A DNA stretch of 64,000 nt from Cyanophyceae cyanobacterium (GTDB taxonomy: Bacteria > Cyanobacteriota > Cyanobacteriia > Cyanobacteriales > JBHJGN01), in contig JBHJGN010000001.1 in NCBI GenBank assembly GCA_050331735.1, forward strand, positions 1 through 64,000, given 5' to 3'. The position numbers and the translations under genes are program-made. Shown here piece after piece: positions 19,515-30,030 of this stretch. How positions within the stretch are numbered: the first letter of the stretch is position 1; each line of letters starts with the position of its first letter. Below the pieces are notes generated by a model. That model did no database searches. It saw only the letters and a list, made by a program, of their open reading frames with translations, and was not told where the DNA came from.

Positions 19515-19550
19515 GACCACTCCTCAGTTAACTCGGTAGATTCTATATTA

Positions 19551-19707
19551 AGTCCCTCCGGGACGGGGAAAGGGGAAACTGTTCCTCCGGAACGGGTCAA
19601 GAACACAGGGTTAAGAAACAAGCTGTATAGTTCATCCCCTTCCCCCTTCCCCTTTGTCCTTTTCCCCGCGCCTGTGGCGCTTCCCTTTTCCCGAGCGCGG
19701 AAGCTGC
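19551..19707. repeat. Heptamer/mini-hairpin repeat element
   Basis: GTCCCTCCGGGAC (19552), GTTCCTCCGGAAC (19581), AAGAACACAGG, CCCGCGCCTGTGGCGC. Confidence 0.75.
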
Positions 19708-19708
19708 T

Positions 19709-20290
19709 TTATACTCGCACAAGCGTCACTGCCTCTGGCTGATCTTGATACTTGCCTTGCCGAGTCTCGTAGCTAACGCTACAGGGTTCGCCTTCTAAAA
19801 ATAGTAGCTGGACCACCCCTTCATTGGCATAGATGCGGCAGTCAGCGCTCGATGAATTGGAAAATTCTAGGGTCAAATGTCCGCGCCAGCTTGCTTCGGC
19901 GGGAGTTAAATTGGCAATTAACCCCACCCGGGCATAGGAACTTTTGCCAATACACAGGACAGTAATGTTGCTAGGGACCGCTAATTTTTCCAAAGCTACG
20001 CCCAGACCGTAGGAATGAGCGGGCAAGATAAAAAAGCGGCCATTTTCGTCGCAATGAAGTTGAGTCGGCTCTAAGTTTTCGGGATTAAAATTTTTCGGAT
20101 CGACCACGGTACCGGGAATATGTCGGAAAATGCGAAACTCGGTCGGCGAGAGTCGAATATCATAGCCGAAGCTGCTCAATCCATAGGAAATTACTGGTAA
20201 ATTTTCAACGCGACGAATGAGCTGAGGCTCAAAGGGAGCAATCATGCCTTCGTGAGCCATTTGAGAAATCCAGTTATCGTTTTTGATCAC
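19709..20290 (-). CDS. dcd: dCTP deaminase
   Basis: ISYGLSSFGYDIRL, GKSSYARVG, WRGHLTLEFSN, GKYQDQ. Confidence 0.95.
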   Translation of the reverse strand: MIKNDNWISQMAHEGMIAPFEPQLIRRVENLPVISYGLSSFGYDIRLSPTEFRIFRHIPGTVVDPKNFNPENLEPTQLHCDENGRFFILPAHSYGLGVALEKLAVPSNITVLCIGKSSYARVGLIANLTPAEASWRGHLTLEFSNSSSADCRIYANEGVVQLLFLEGEPCSVSYETRQGKYQDQPEAVTLVRV

Positions 20291-20370
20291 TCGCTCAACC
20301 TCTTGTGCTGCCAGTGAAGTATTATGCCATGAAAACGATTGATTTGACTGGTGAGAAGACCTTTCCTGAA

Positions 20371-20574
20371 TTAGCTTCTCAGTAGCTTTTTCAAGGATTT
20401 TTTATAGTTAATCGGATGGTCTTTAGAGAGAGCTGTATAGGGAACCGCCCGCAGCGGCAACTTGAAAAAGCTCGGAGCTCCGTAACGTGTAGATAGATTA
20501 ATGCCAACAGCGGACTTGAAGAGATATAAGCTGTACAGCAACAGAATAAGCCAGATAATGCGTTTAGGGGACAA
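20371..20574 (-). CDS. Small hypothetical membrane protein
   Basis: One N-terminal hydrophobic segment followed by YLFKSAVGINLS. Confidence 0.5.
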   Translation of the reverse strand: MSPKRIIWLILLLYSLYLFKSAVGINLSTRYGAPSFFKLPLRAVPYTALSKDHPINYKKSLKKLLRS

Positions 20575-20739
20575 AGTTTACCTAATTTTAGTTTTCAATA
20601 GAGCTTTTCTATTAAAACACTTGAAAAAACAAAATGTCGGTCAAAACGGCTTGTTCCGTCAATTGGTTTCAGGCTGGGATTCGTCGCTGGCTGTCAGCAT
20701 TTTCGATGGTGCGCTCAGTTCAATTTTGGTTATTGGTCA

Positions 20740-21279
20740 CTAAATGCTGCCAACCGGGGGCCACGTATTCAGAACAAAAACGATTACAGCCGCACTGGCT
20801 AAGATGGCCTGAATAAAATTACCAACTAAAGAACCAATGACAACTCCTAAGCTAACCTGAAAAGCTTTTTTGACTCTTAAGGGGAGCTTAAGCTCGTAAC
20901 GATAGAGAAACTCGCCCACAAAAGCACCTACAATGGGTCCGAGCAAAATACCGAGCAGTGGTCCCCCGACGGGCAACGCGGGTAACAGTCCCAGAAAACC
21001 GAGCACTAGACCGATTAATGCCCCAAGCTGGCTCCATTTACTAGCGCCAACGCGTTTGGCCCCCCAGTAGGCCGCTAGAATATCCACTCCGGTACTGAGA
21101 ATGAGAACACCGATCACAACCGCTAAAGGAACGCCAACCCCGGCAAAACCGGTCGCTACGCCCCATACGAGAATCGCGATGAGGATTAGGCTGCTGCCAG
21201 GAAGACCAGGAACGATCGCGCCAACCACGCCAACGAGCATGACAGCCAGCAGTAGCCAGTAGAAGACGGTGATGAGCAT
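20740..21279 (-). CDS. DUF456 family membrane protein
   Basis: VGVVGAIVPGLPG, GAKRVGASKW, GPIVGAFVGE. Confidence 0.85.
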   Translation of the reverse strand: MLITVFYWLLLAVMLVGVVGAIVPGLPGSSLILIAILVWGVATGFAGVGVPLAVVIGVLILSTGVDILAAYWGAKRVGASKWSQLGALIGLVLGFLGLLPALPVGGPLLGILLGPIVGAFVGEFLYRYELKLPLRVKKAFQVSLGVVIGSLVGNFIQAILASAAVIVFVLNTWPPVGSI

Positions 21280-21510
21280 AGCAATCTGGTTAAAGGCAAA
21301 ATTTATTTAAATCAATTATCACCGAATTGCTAAATTTTAGTGATGCCTTTGCTGAGATGTTTTCACAGACACCATTTAAAATAAGATTTCAAGACGAAGG
21401 AAGTAACTAACCTTTTCCCTTTGCCCCTTCCCCTTTTCCCTGTCGCAAAGCAACTCTTAATTAATTGGTATCAGTTAAAATCCTGATAACGTGCTAGTGA
21501 TGCTGATGCT

Positions 21511-23334
21511 ATGAGTGATACTGTTCTCGACGTTCGCAACCTTCAAGTCCAGTTTCTCACCGACGGTGAGCCAGTAACGGCAGTTGATGATATTAGCTTT
21601 GCGCTCCAACGAGGACAAACGTTAGGCATTGTCGGCGAGTCGGGTTCAGGCAAATCGGTAACATCGCTAGCCATTATGGGGTTGGTTCCGAATCCCGGCA
21701 TTGTTGCTGGCGGAGAAGTCTGGTTTCGAGGCGCCGGGCAGCAGCCTGTCAACTTAGTCCAGCTTGCCGATGAGGAGAAACGGCACTACCGAGGCGGCAA
21801 AGTCGCCATGATTTTTCAAGAACCAATGAGTTCTTTGAATCCGGTTTATACAATTGGTTTTCAGCTCACAGAAGCGATTCGGCTGCACCAAGACGTTTCT
21901 CAAGCAGAAGCGAGACGAACGGCGATCGCCTCTTTGCAAGAAGTGCGGCTGCTGCCAAGCGACGAGGAGATTCGGCAGTTAGTTGACGACGCGAGCGATC
22001 GCGCTATCAACGAGTACAAACAGGCCATGCTGAAGCGCTATCCCCACGAACTGTCGGGCGGGCAATTGCAGCGGGTGATGATTGCAATGGCCATTTCCTG
22101 TAACCCCACAGTCCTAATTGCCGACGAACCAACAACAGCGTTAGACGTGACGGTACAGGCAACCATTCTCGACCTGTTAAAGGATTTGTGCCGATGCCGG
22201 GATATGTCGTTGATTTTTATTACTCACGATCTCGGAGTCATTGCCAAGATTGCCGATGCGGTGGCGGTGATGTATCGCGGCAAAATTGTTGAATACGGCA
22301 GCATCGACAACATTTTATCCCATCCTCAGCATCCCTATACTAAGGGTCTGTTGGCCTGTCGTCCTCGTTTAGACCAGCGCTTGCGCTATCTTCCGACGAT
22401 CGCCGATTTTATGGCGGTAGAAGCAGACGGAGAGGTGGTAGAAATAGCCTCAACGAAGCGACCACAGGTCGTAGAGTCAGCAGAACTAGAGCAGAGATTA
22501 GGGCAGCTTTCGGCTCAGGAACCGCTGATTCGCGTACAGAAATTGCGGGTGGGGTTTCCGCTCAAAGGCATGTTTGGTCGGACGAAGCGCTATCTGTTCG
22601 CGGTGAACGATGTTTCTTTTGAAGTCTATCCGGGAGAAACGTTAGGGTTAGTGGGAGAATCTGGCTGCGGCAAATCGACCCTCGCTCGCGCTCTCCTGCG
22701 GCTGCTTCCGGCTCTCCAGGGAGATATCCTCTTTCAAGGAGAAAACGTGGCTCGGTTGTCCAGGCGACACCGACGGTTGCGCTCTCTGCGGCGCGAGATG
22801 CAAATTGTCTTTCAAAATCCCTACAATTCGCTCAACCCCCGCCTGACCATCGGCAAGGCTATTGAGGAGCCGATGCGGGTTCACGGCGTGGGCAACGGAC
22901 GTAGCCGCCAAGAACGAGTCGCTGATTTGCTAGAGCGCGTCGGACTGACGCCAGACTGGAGCAACCGCTACCCCCACGAGTTTTCGGGCGGACAGCGCCA
23001 GCGGGTCTGTATCGCGCGGGCGTTAGCGCTGAACCCTCAGTTTATTATCTGCGATGAATCGGTTTCGGCGCTCGATGTCTCGGTCCAGGCGCAGGTCTTG
23101 AATCTGCTCAAAGAACTTCAGGAAGAGTTCGGCTTAACCTATATTTTCATTTCTCACGATCTCAGCGTGGTCAAGTTTATGAGCGATCGCATTATGGTGA
23201 TGAACCGAGGCAAAATCGAAGAAATTGGAGCCGCTGAGCAAATTTATCGTCAGCCGCAAAAAGAATACACCCGGCAGCTTATTGCGTCTATTCCCACGGG
23301 AGGATTTGAAGAATCACAGCTTTTGCAGGGGTAG
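21511..23334 (+). CDS. Peptide ABC transporter ATP-binding protein with two ATPase domains
   Basis: Two GESG[SC]GKS Walker A motifs, YPHE[LF]SGGQ signatures, HPYTKGLL. Confidence 0.92.
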   Translation: MSDTVLDVRNLQVQFLTDGEPVTAVDDISFALQRGQTLGIVGESGSGKSVTSLAIMGLVPNPGIVAGGEVWFRGAGQQPVNLVQLADEEKRHYRGGKVAMIFQEPMSSLNPVYTIGFQLTEAIRLHQDVSQAEARRTAIASLQEVRLLPSDEEIRQLVDDASDRAINEYKQAMLKRYPHELSGGQLQRVMIAMAISCNPTVLIADEPTTALDVTVQATILDLLKDLCRCRDMSLIFITHDLGVIAKIADAVAVMYRGKIVEYGSIDNILSHPQHPYTKGLLACRPRLDQRLRYLPTIADFMAVEADGEVVEIASTKRPQVVESAELEQRLGQLSAQEPLIRVQKLRVGFPLKGMFGRTKRYLFAVNDVSFEVYPGETLGLVGESGCGKSTLARALLRLLPALQGDILFQGENVARLSRRHRRLRSLRREMQIVFQNPYNSLNPRLTIGKAIEEPMRVHGVGNGRSRQERVADLLERVGLTPDWSNRYPHEFSGGQRQRVCIARALALNPQFIICDESVSALDVSVQAQVLNLLKELQEEFGLTYIFISHDLSVVKFMSDRIMVMNRGKIEEIGAAEQIYRQPQKEYTRQLIASIPTGGFEESQLLQG

Positions 23335-23393
23335 ATTGTTGATTGTTCATCGTTAATGGTTGATGGGAAATCGGAACAATGAGCAATTAGCCA

Positions 23394-25007
23394 TCAACCA
23401 TGCAGACGATTGCCCTTGACCGCCGCATATAAATTGAAGCGAACGACCGGAGCGCGAAGATTTAACCCGCAGAGCTTTTCAATTCGCTCCAGGCGATGCA
23501 GGAGGGTATTGCGGTGGATAAACAGCGCCTCAGCCGTCTCCGCAACGGCTCCCATCCGATCGAGATAGGCTTCGAGAGTGGGAAGAAGCTGAGCCTGTCG
23601 TTTAGTATCGTAGGCAGCAATGGTTTGGACGTGCTGCCAGTAGATGTTTTCAGCCAGCCGTTCGGCAGGAAGATGATACAGCCAGTGCAGCAGACCCAAG
23701 TCGGCAAAGGCGATCGCTCGTTGTCCTAGCGCTAAGCCGATTTGCAGTGCTTCCCGCGCCTGTTCGTAACTCTGTCGGATTTCTGTGTCGGGGGAGGAAA
23801 CGTTCCCGATGCCAACGACAAGGTGCTGACCAACATGCTGTAGTTCTTCGACTAACTGAAGTGCGATTTGTTGACCCCGATGGGCCGTGGCACACTCCAA
23901 CACCACCACCAGAAAATTTTCCCGCCAGACGCTGAGAAACGCTTGATGTCTGCGGTGGAGCCACTGCTTGACATCTTCGTGCAGCGTGGACGCGGACGCA
24001 GTAGCCGACGCAATCACGAATACTTGGTGCGGATGGTCGAGGCGATAGTTTAACTGCTGTGCCTGTTCTAGCAGAGGAGCGGTTCTTTCACCCTTCAGCA
24101 GCCGACTGAAGAAATCCCCCTGCAAAGCTTCGTGCGCTTTCCGCACCGACTGCTCTTTAAACAGCATCAGCGCCGCCACCGTTGCTCCGTGACGCAAGCC
24201 GAGTTCATCGAGGGGAGTTAGAGGGCGATCGCCAGCGATAATCCAAATATAGCCGTGGAGTTCGCGGTTAACAATAATGGGCGCGACGACTCTTTCTTTC
24301 GTCATCCCCAAGGAGGGAATTGGCGCAATATGCTGCGGCTGCATCTCCGCTAGCAGGCGATCGTATACTCCAGAGCTGACTAAATGTTGAACAATTTCGG
24401 GAGTGCCTCGTCCCCTCTCGACGCTGCGTTCTCGTGCTCGATCCACAGCGCCATGCTGTGCTGTTGCCAACACGGAGAAGGTCGGAGATTCAATGGTGAT
24501 TGAGCGCTGCAAAAGCCTAGCCAGGGTCGTCGCCAGTTCGGCTAAACCGCCTCCCTGGAGCACCAAATCGGTCAACTGCTGATTAAGCTGTGTAGACTGC
24601 TGCAAGAGCGTGTATTGCTGATTAACGATGCGCTCTAAAATGGCCTCCGTAATGTTGATAAACAGTAGCTCAGGAGGAGTTTCAATCAGGGGAAAATTAT
24701 GCAGATTCGCTTCTTGACAAATAATCTCTGGAATCTGGGTAAAGAAATGCCCGACGCTGATAACTAAGCCAGCAAAGCCTAGCTGGGATAGCCGAGACAC
24801 CAGCGTTTGCTGCTGTTCGCGGTTGTCCCGCAGACCAAACCCTGCCGTGAGGAGCAAAACACCCTGTCGTTGCCATTGGTAATGGGCATTGGCCATATCC
24901 ACAACATGAACCCAGTTAACAATATTGTCTAAACCAGCTTCTCCAGCCACCAGACGAGCCGGAGCCAGAGTAGAGAGGTTCAAGGCTTGCCGAACCGTAA
25001 GCACCAT
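23394..25007 (-). CDS. PucR-family transcriptional regulator
   Basis: N-term LVAGEAGLDNIVNWVHVVD; C-term HTH TAEALFIHRNTLLHRLERIE. Start set at 25007. Confidence 0.9.
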   Translation of the reverse strand: MVLTVRQALNLSTLAPARLVAGEAGLDNIVNWVHVVDMANAHYQWQRQGVLLLTAGFGLRDNREQQQTLVSRLSQLGFAGLVISVGHFFTQIPEIICQEANLHNFPLIETPPELLFINITEAILERIVNQQYTLLQQSTQLNQQLTDLVLQGGGLAELATTLARLLQRSITIESPTFSVLATAQHGAVDRARERSVERGRGTPEIVQHLVSSGVYDRLLAEMQPQHIAPIPSLGMTKERVVAPIIVNRELHGYIWIIAGDRPLTPLDELGLRHGATVAALMLFKEQSVRKAHEALQGDFFSRLLKGERTAPLLEQAQQLNYRLDHPHQVFVIASATASASTLHEDVKQWLHRRHQAFLSVWRENFLVVVLECATAHRGQQIALQLVEELQHVGQHLVVGIGNVSSPDTEIRQSYEQAREALQIGLALGQRAIAFADLGLLHWLYHLPAERLAENIYWQHVQTIAAYDTKRQAQLLPTLEAYLDRMGAVAETAEALFIHRNTLLHRLERIEKLCGLNLRAPVVRFNLYAAVKGNRLHG

Positions 25008-25804
25008 AACTTTTAAATGAATATCAATGTTAATAGAAAAAGATATCTCGTTTCTCGAGCTCATGAGGCACACTTAGCACCGGCCTCAAACCTAAAAATT
25101 CTACACCGCACCAGGATGAGAACTGCTATAAAAGGTTAATTGTGTCCCTCAGCTAATCAGACTCGGTAATTTACCGCAGCGCTTGCAGAATGTTTCGTCA
25201 TCATGATGAGCTCGGTGGTTTTCGGGAGACAAAAATAAATGCCAGCATGAGATAAATAAGCCAGATCGGGAACTGCTTGAACGACAACAAAACAGTTTTT
25301 GATTGATCGCCAATGTTGATCTTCTCAAGTGCATTTTTGTACATTTGAGAAGAAGCTAGTTTTTAGCAGCCACAATTTTCAACAAGTTTGCTGATTGAAA
25401 AGATGGTTGATGTTAGCAATGCGGCTACTTTGAGTGACAAATTTTATACAGATTCATCGCGATATCGACTATAAATTTAAGTTTTAATTGCTCAGGAAGG
25501 CGCTGCGGATCTTGCTGATTTATCAGTGGCCAAGAGGAAGCTTTGGAGAAAGCAGTAAATGTGGTAGGATTCTTAGGAAGCTAGTAACGATTGCTGGCCT
25601 GCATAAATCCTGCAAGCATCAGCTCAAAAATATTTCAGTGCCGACAGCAAAATATTCAGTTATTGAACAAACTTGAAGCTCGCTTACTGGTGCTGGCTTG
25701 GTTTGGCATCAGCTTATATTTATAAGGCTAAAAGCCTATATCTGAACTCGATCAGCTAGCCAACAAACGCTTTTAACCTAGCAAGCTTTAATGCCTAAAA
25801 TAAT

Positions 25805-26929
25805 ATGATTCGATTTAATAATGTTACCAAGACTTATCCTGGAGTCGAGAGACCGGCTGTCCAAAGCCTGACGATGACGGTTCCTGAAGGTGAGACCTGC
25901 GTCGTGATTGGTCCGTCAGGATGTGGTAAAACCACCACAATGAAAATGGTGAATCGCCTGATTGAGCCAACTTCTGGGGAAATTTACGTGGCTGAGCGCA
26001 ACGTGCTTAAACAAAAGCCAGCAGAGTTAAGACGCAACATTGGCTACGTCATTCAGCAAATTGGTCTTTTCCCTCACTTTACCATTCGCGATAATATTGC
26101 CACAGTGCCGAAGCTGCTTGGGTGGAGCAAAACGCGGATCGACAAGCGAGTGGACGAACTCCTCGATATTGTTGGTTTAGAACCGGCTCGCTTCCGCGAT
26201 GCCTACCCCAAACAGCTATCGGGCGGACAGCGGCAGCGGGTCGGAGTGGCGCGAGCCTTGGCTGCCGATCCCCCTGTGATGCTGATGGACGAACCCTTTG
26301 GAGCCATTGACCCCATTACCAGAGAGCGCCTGCAAAACGAGTTTCTGCGTCTGCAAAAGCAGATGCGGAAAACAATTATGTTTGTCACCCACGACATCGA
26401 CGAAGCCCTCAAGATGGGAACGCTAATCTGCATTTTGCAGGTGGGAGGAGTGCTTCAGCAGCTCGATACCCCTAAGAATATTTTGTCCAATCCGGCCAAT
26501 AGCTTTGTCGCTGATTTTGTCGGGTCAGATCGCGGGCTGAAGAAGCTGACCCTAGTGCGCGTTCGAGAAGAAATGGACACGAATTTAGTGGTCGGCAGAA
26601 CCGACGAGATGGCCGGGGAGCTAGTGAGCCGAATGCGCGATCGCGATCTAGATAGCTTATACATCGTTGACGAGAAAGAGCGGCTCGTTGGCTACGTCAC
26701 TCCAGAGGCTTGTAAAGCGCAGCGACATAGAAGAGCCATTGAAATTGTGCAGCGCCCGATCGCGACAATTCAAGAAGAAGCCACCATGAAGGATGCCTTC
26801 TCCCAAATGCTGAGCTACGGCATTGTCAATCTCCCCGTTGTCAACAACGATTCAACGGTGGTCGGCATGATTACGGCAGATGATGCTCAGCGCCTGGTGC
26901 AGCAGAAAACCGTTCCCGTGCAGGCTTAA
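25805..26929 (+). CDS. Osmoprotectant (Opu/Osm-type) ABC transporter ATPase with CBS domains
   Basis: [42 protein letters not shown]-terminal CBS pair. Confidence 0.92.
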   Translation: MIRFNNVTKTYPGVERPAVQSLTMTVPEGETCVVIGPSGCGKTTTMKMVNRLIEPTSGEIYVAERNVLKQKPAELRRNIGYVIQQIGLFPHFTIRDNIATVPKLLGWSKTRIDKRVDELLDIVGLEPARFRDAYPKQLSGGQRQRVGVARALAADPPVMLMDEPFGAIDPITRERLQNEFLRLQKQMRKTIMFVTHDIDEALKMGTLICILQVGGVLQQLDTPKNILSNPANSFVADFVGSDRGLKKLTLVRVREEMDTNLVVGRTDEMAGELVSRMRDRDLDSLYIVDEKERLVGYVTPEACKAQRHRRAIEIVQRPIATIQEEATMKDAFSQMLSYGIVNLPVVNNDSTVVGMITADDAQRLVQQKTVPVQA

Positions 26930-26944
26930 CGAGAGGCGATCATT

Positions 26945-27628
26945 ATGCTGCAAGATATTGGCAACTTTCTGAGCGCCCTGTGGGAAGGAATTCTCTACTA
27001 CTTCCCCGGCGTTGGTCGCCCCGACCGAGTTTTAGAATTTCTCTGGGGTCATCTCCTGATTACCTTTGTGACCATGTTTTTTGCGATTTTGGTCAGCGTT
27101 CCGTTGGGGATTTTAATTACGCGAGTGCGCTGGCTCTACGACCCGGTGATTAAGCTATCGGGGATGCTGTACACCGTTCCCAGCTTAGCGATGTTTGGGA
27201 TTTTGATTCCCATCGTTGGCATTGGCTTTACTCCTGCCGTGATCGCCCTGACGCTTTACTCCTTGCTGGCCATTATCCGCAACACGGCAGTCGGCATCGA
27301 TAGCGTTGACGAAGCCATTATTGAAGCGGCTAGAGGCATCGGCATGAAGAATTGGCAAATTCTGCTTCAGGTCGAGCTGCCGCTGGCGCTGCCGATCATT
27401 TTTGCCGGAATTCGCATTGCGGTCGTTTCCACCATCAGTTTGGCAACGCTAGCCTCCTTCTTTGGAGCCAATAGCCTCGGAAACTTAATTTTTGAGGGGA
27501 TCTCAGCGGGAGGAACGCGGAACGATAAAGTCGTGGCTGGCGCTCTCGGAGCCGCCCTGCTAGCCATCTTGTTTGATTTCGTCATCAGCAGGGCCGAGCG
27601 GGCCTTGCCTGGTGTAGCACAGAAATAG
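26945..27628 (+). CDS. Osmoprotectant ABC transporter permease
   Basis: YTVPSLAMFG, EAARGIGM, VELPLALP. Confidence 0.9.
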   Translation: MLQDIGNFLSALWEGILYYFPGVGRPDRVLEFLWGHLLITFVTMFFAILVSVPLGILITRVRWLYDPVIKLSGMLYTVPSLAMFGILIPIVGIGFTPAVIALTLYSLLAIIRNTAVGIDSVDEAIIEAARGIGMKNWQILLQVELPLALPIIFAGIRIAVVSTISLATLASFFGANSLGNLIFEGISAGGTRNDKVVAGALGAALLAILFDFVISRAERALPGVAQK

Positions 27629-27636
27629 GAGGAACT

Positions 27637-28716
27637 ATGCTCAGCGAAGTGATGAGCTACATCATTGAAAGTTCTCGGGACTTTACCACCGCCCTGCGCC
27701 AACACTTAGCGATTACCTTCATTGCCCTCGGCATCTCGATCGTGCTGGGACTGGGACTCGGAATTATTGGCTCGCGCTATCCTTGGCTGCGGCGGTTTCT
27801 GCTCAACTTGGGCAAGTTTGGACGCACCATTCCTAGCTTAGCGGTGCTGGCGCTAGCCCTGCCTCTGCTCGGAATTGGCAGACCGCCCACTTTACTGGCG
27901 CTGACGTTTATCGGGACGCTGCCGATCTTGATCAACACCACCGTCGGGATTGAACAGGTCGATCGAGATACCAAAGAAGCCGCGCGAGGCATGGGCATGA
28001 AAGACCGACAGGTGCTGTGGCAGCTAGAGCTCCCCCTGGCCCTTCCCGTGATTATGGCGGGGATTCGGACAGCGGCGGTGGTCGTGGTTGCTAGCACCAC
28101 CCTGGCAGCCTTCATCGGTGGGGGCGGCTTGGGAGACCTGATTCTGCGGGGGCACTCCCTAGGGCGGGACTACATTATGCTGGCAGGAGCGATTCCGGCA
28201 ACGCTGCTGGCGTTTTACTTTGAGGAAGTCTTTGGTCGTCTGCAAAATTGGGTTACGCCCAAAGGACTCCGGGAAGGACAGTACTCAGGCGGCTTGATTG
28301 GCCTCCTCAGTGCGATCGCCCTGATGCCCATCATCTTTGGAACCCTGCTGCCGTGGTCAACCGCCACGGGCGAAGGGGGCGAAACGATTGTGCTGACGGG
28401 GCTACATCCCGAGTATCTTAGTATTGGTCTGCCCGTACTGATTTTAGGCTTAATCGCAGCGCTCTGGCCCCGTCGGGGAGAAAGCGGCAACGGGTGGCCC
28501 GTGTCCATTGTCACCTGGCTAGCGGCGGTGGCGGCGCTGGTCTGGCTTATTATTGGCTTAATTACGACCGTTGGCGGTCTGCAAACCTTTGGGCTGACTC
28601 TGTTGCTGGGGGCGATCGTGAGCATTACCCTAATTACTAGCGTCGAATTAGTGCTCAGCTACTACAAACATCGAGCCAGTCCGCAACGCTTGCAGGAGCT
28701 ACAGGCTGCTTCCTAA
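27637..28716 (+). CDS. Osmoprotectant ABC transporter permease with extra C-terminal TM region
   Basis: RTIPSLAVL, EAARGMGM, IGGGGLGDLI; about 150 additional hydrophobic residues. Confidence 0.88.
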   Translation: MLSEVMSYIIESSRDFTTALRQHLAITFIALGISIVLGLGLGIIGSRYPWLRRFLLNLGKFGRTIPSLAVLALALPLLGIGRPPTLLALTFIGTLPILINTTVGIEQVDRDTKEAARGMGMKDRQVLWQLELPLALPVIMAGIRTAAVVVVASTTLAAFIGGGGLGDLILRGHSLGRDYIMLAGAIPATLLAFYFEEVFGRLQNWVTPKGLREGQYSGGLIGLLSAIALMPIIFGTLLPWSTATGEGGETIVLTGLHPEYLSIGLPVLILGLIAALWPRRGESGNGWPVSIVTWLAAVAALVWLIIGLITTVGGLQTFGLTLLLGAIVSITLITSVELVLSYYKHRASPQRLQELQAAS

Positions 28717-28776
28717 AACGGCTATTCAACTCCAATCGTCCTCTGTCATCCTTTAGATAAGCATTTGGAAGAAAAT

Positions 28777-29682
28777 ATGTTACGACAATCCGCGATCAGC
28801 GCAGTGCTGATATCCACAACGAGCCTCTTAGCCGCCTGCGGTGGCGGGGGTGAGAATGCCGACGCTCCCACCATTAGAGTAGGCGCAAAGGATTTCACCG
28901 AACAGTACATCCTCGGCAATATGTACGAAATTCTGCTAGATGATGCCGGGTTCGATGCTGAATACACCTCCGTTGGCGGCACGAATGAAAATCATGATGC
29001 CATTGTTGCTGGTGAAATCGATATTTATCCTGAATACACAGGTACGTCCTTGTTAACCATTCTGGGAATGGAGTTCGACTCCAACATGAGTGCAGAAGAA
29101 GTTTACGAAACGGTCAAGGACAACTATGCCGAACAATTCAATCTTGCCGTGCTAGAACCAACCTCCTACAACAATACTTATGTCTTGACGATGGAGCAGG
29201 CACAGGCAGAAGAATTAGGCATCAAAACCGTTAGTGACCTGTCGGAAAAAGCCAACGATTTAGTGTTTGGAACGACGCAAGAATTCACAGAACGTCAGGA
29301 TGGTCTGCCCGGTTTAAGAGATGTTTACGGCGGCTTCAATTTTGAAGAAGTGGTGGCCCTAGACCCGGGTCTGCTCTATTCCGGCATCGAAGCCGGGGAC
29401 ATTGACGTTACCACAGGGTTTGGCACAGATGGTCAGATTGCGGCTTACGATCTCTTGGTTCTAGAAGATAATCTCAACTTTTGGCCCCCCTATCCGGCGG
29501 CACCAATCGTGCGTCAAGAGGTTCTCGACGCGAACCCAGAAATTGCCGATCGCCTTAATGAGCTATCGGCACAGCTCGATGGAGAAACCATGCGGACCCT
29601 CAACTGGGAAGTGGCGGGCAACGGACGCGAAGCCGATGAAGTGGCGCGCGAGTTTTTAGAAGAGCAGGGACTAATTGAGTAA
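28777..29682 (+). CDS. Glycine betaine/choline-type ABC substrate-binding lipoprotein
   Basis: Lipobox LAAC; VGAKDFTEQYILG, IYPEYTGT, NNTY, ERQDGLPGL, FWPPY. Confidence 0.9.
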   Translation: MLRQSAISAVLISTTSLLAACGGGGENADAPTIRVGAKDFTEQYILGNMYEILLDDAGFDAEYTSVGGTNENHDAIVAGEIDIYPEYTGTSLLTILGMEFDSNMSAEEVYETVKDNYAEQFNLAVLEPTSYNNTYVLTMEQAQAEELGIKTVSDLSEKANDLVFGTTQEFTERQDGLPGLRDVYGGFNFEEVVALDPGLLYSGIEAGDIDVTTGFGTDGQIAAYDLLVLEDNLNFWPPYPAAPIVRQEVLDANPEIADRLNELSAQLDGETMRTLNWEVAGNGREADEVAREFLEEQGLIE

Positions 29683-29722
29683 GTTCGACGCGAATTTAGC
29701 TGAGTAGACGAGCTTGGAGTAA

Positions 29723-29856
29723 TACCAATTAGAAAAAGTAATAGGAGACTTGATGAGTTGGGGGAAAGGGGAAAGGGAAGCACAGCAGCTCTTTGCCCTT
29801 GAACCTCCAATTGTTGGTTAGTTTGGGAACTATCTGACTACTTTCGGTAAATGGTA
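29723..29856. mobile_element. 134-bp MITE copy, inverted relative to 17205-17352
   Basis: TACCAATTA...TAAATGGTA, flanks TAA/TGA; two heptamers shorter than the 17.2-kb copy. Confidence 0.75.
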
Positions 29857-29859
29857 TGA

Positions 29860-30030
29860 TTTGCGTCGAACGGGGAAACTGTCCCTACGGGACGGGGAAA
29901 ATGTTCGGTGCGGAACGGGAAAAGAACACAGGATTAAGGGAAAAACTTGGTAATTACTCCTTTCCCCTTTTCCCTTTTCCCCTTTCCCGTTGCGGAGCAA
30001 CTTTCCCCTTGTCCCGTCGTGCAGCGACTT
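29860..30030. repeat. Heptamer/mini-hairpin repeat element overlapping the 3' end of the DUF4336 gene
   Basis: GTCCCTACGGGAC (29881), AAGAACACAGG, GTTGCGGAGCAAC (29989). Confidence 0.7.

Noticed and set aside
21511..23334. ABC ATPase as the missing lasso exporter
   Set aside because: It is an Opp/Dpp importer-type ATPase without TM domains, on the opposite strand and separated by core genes.
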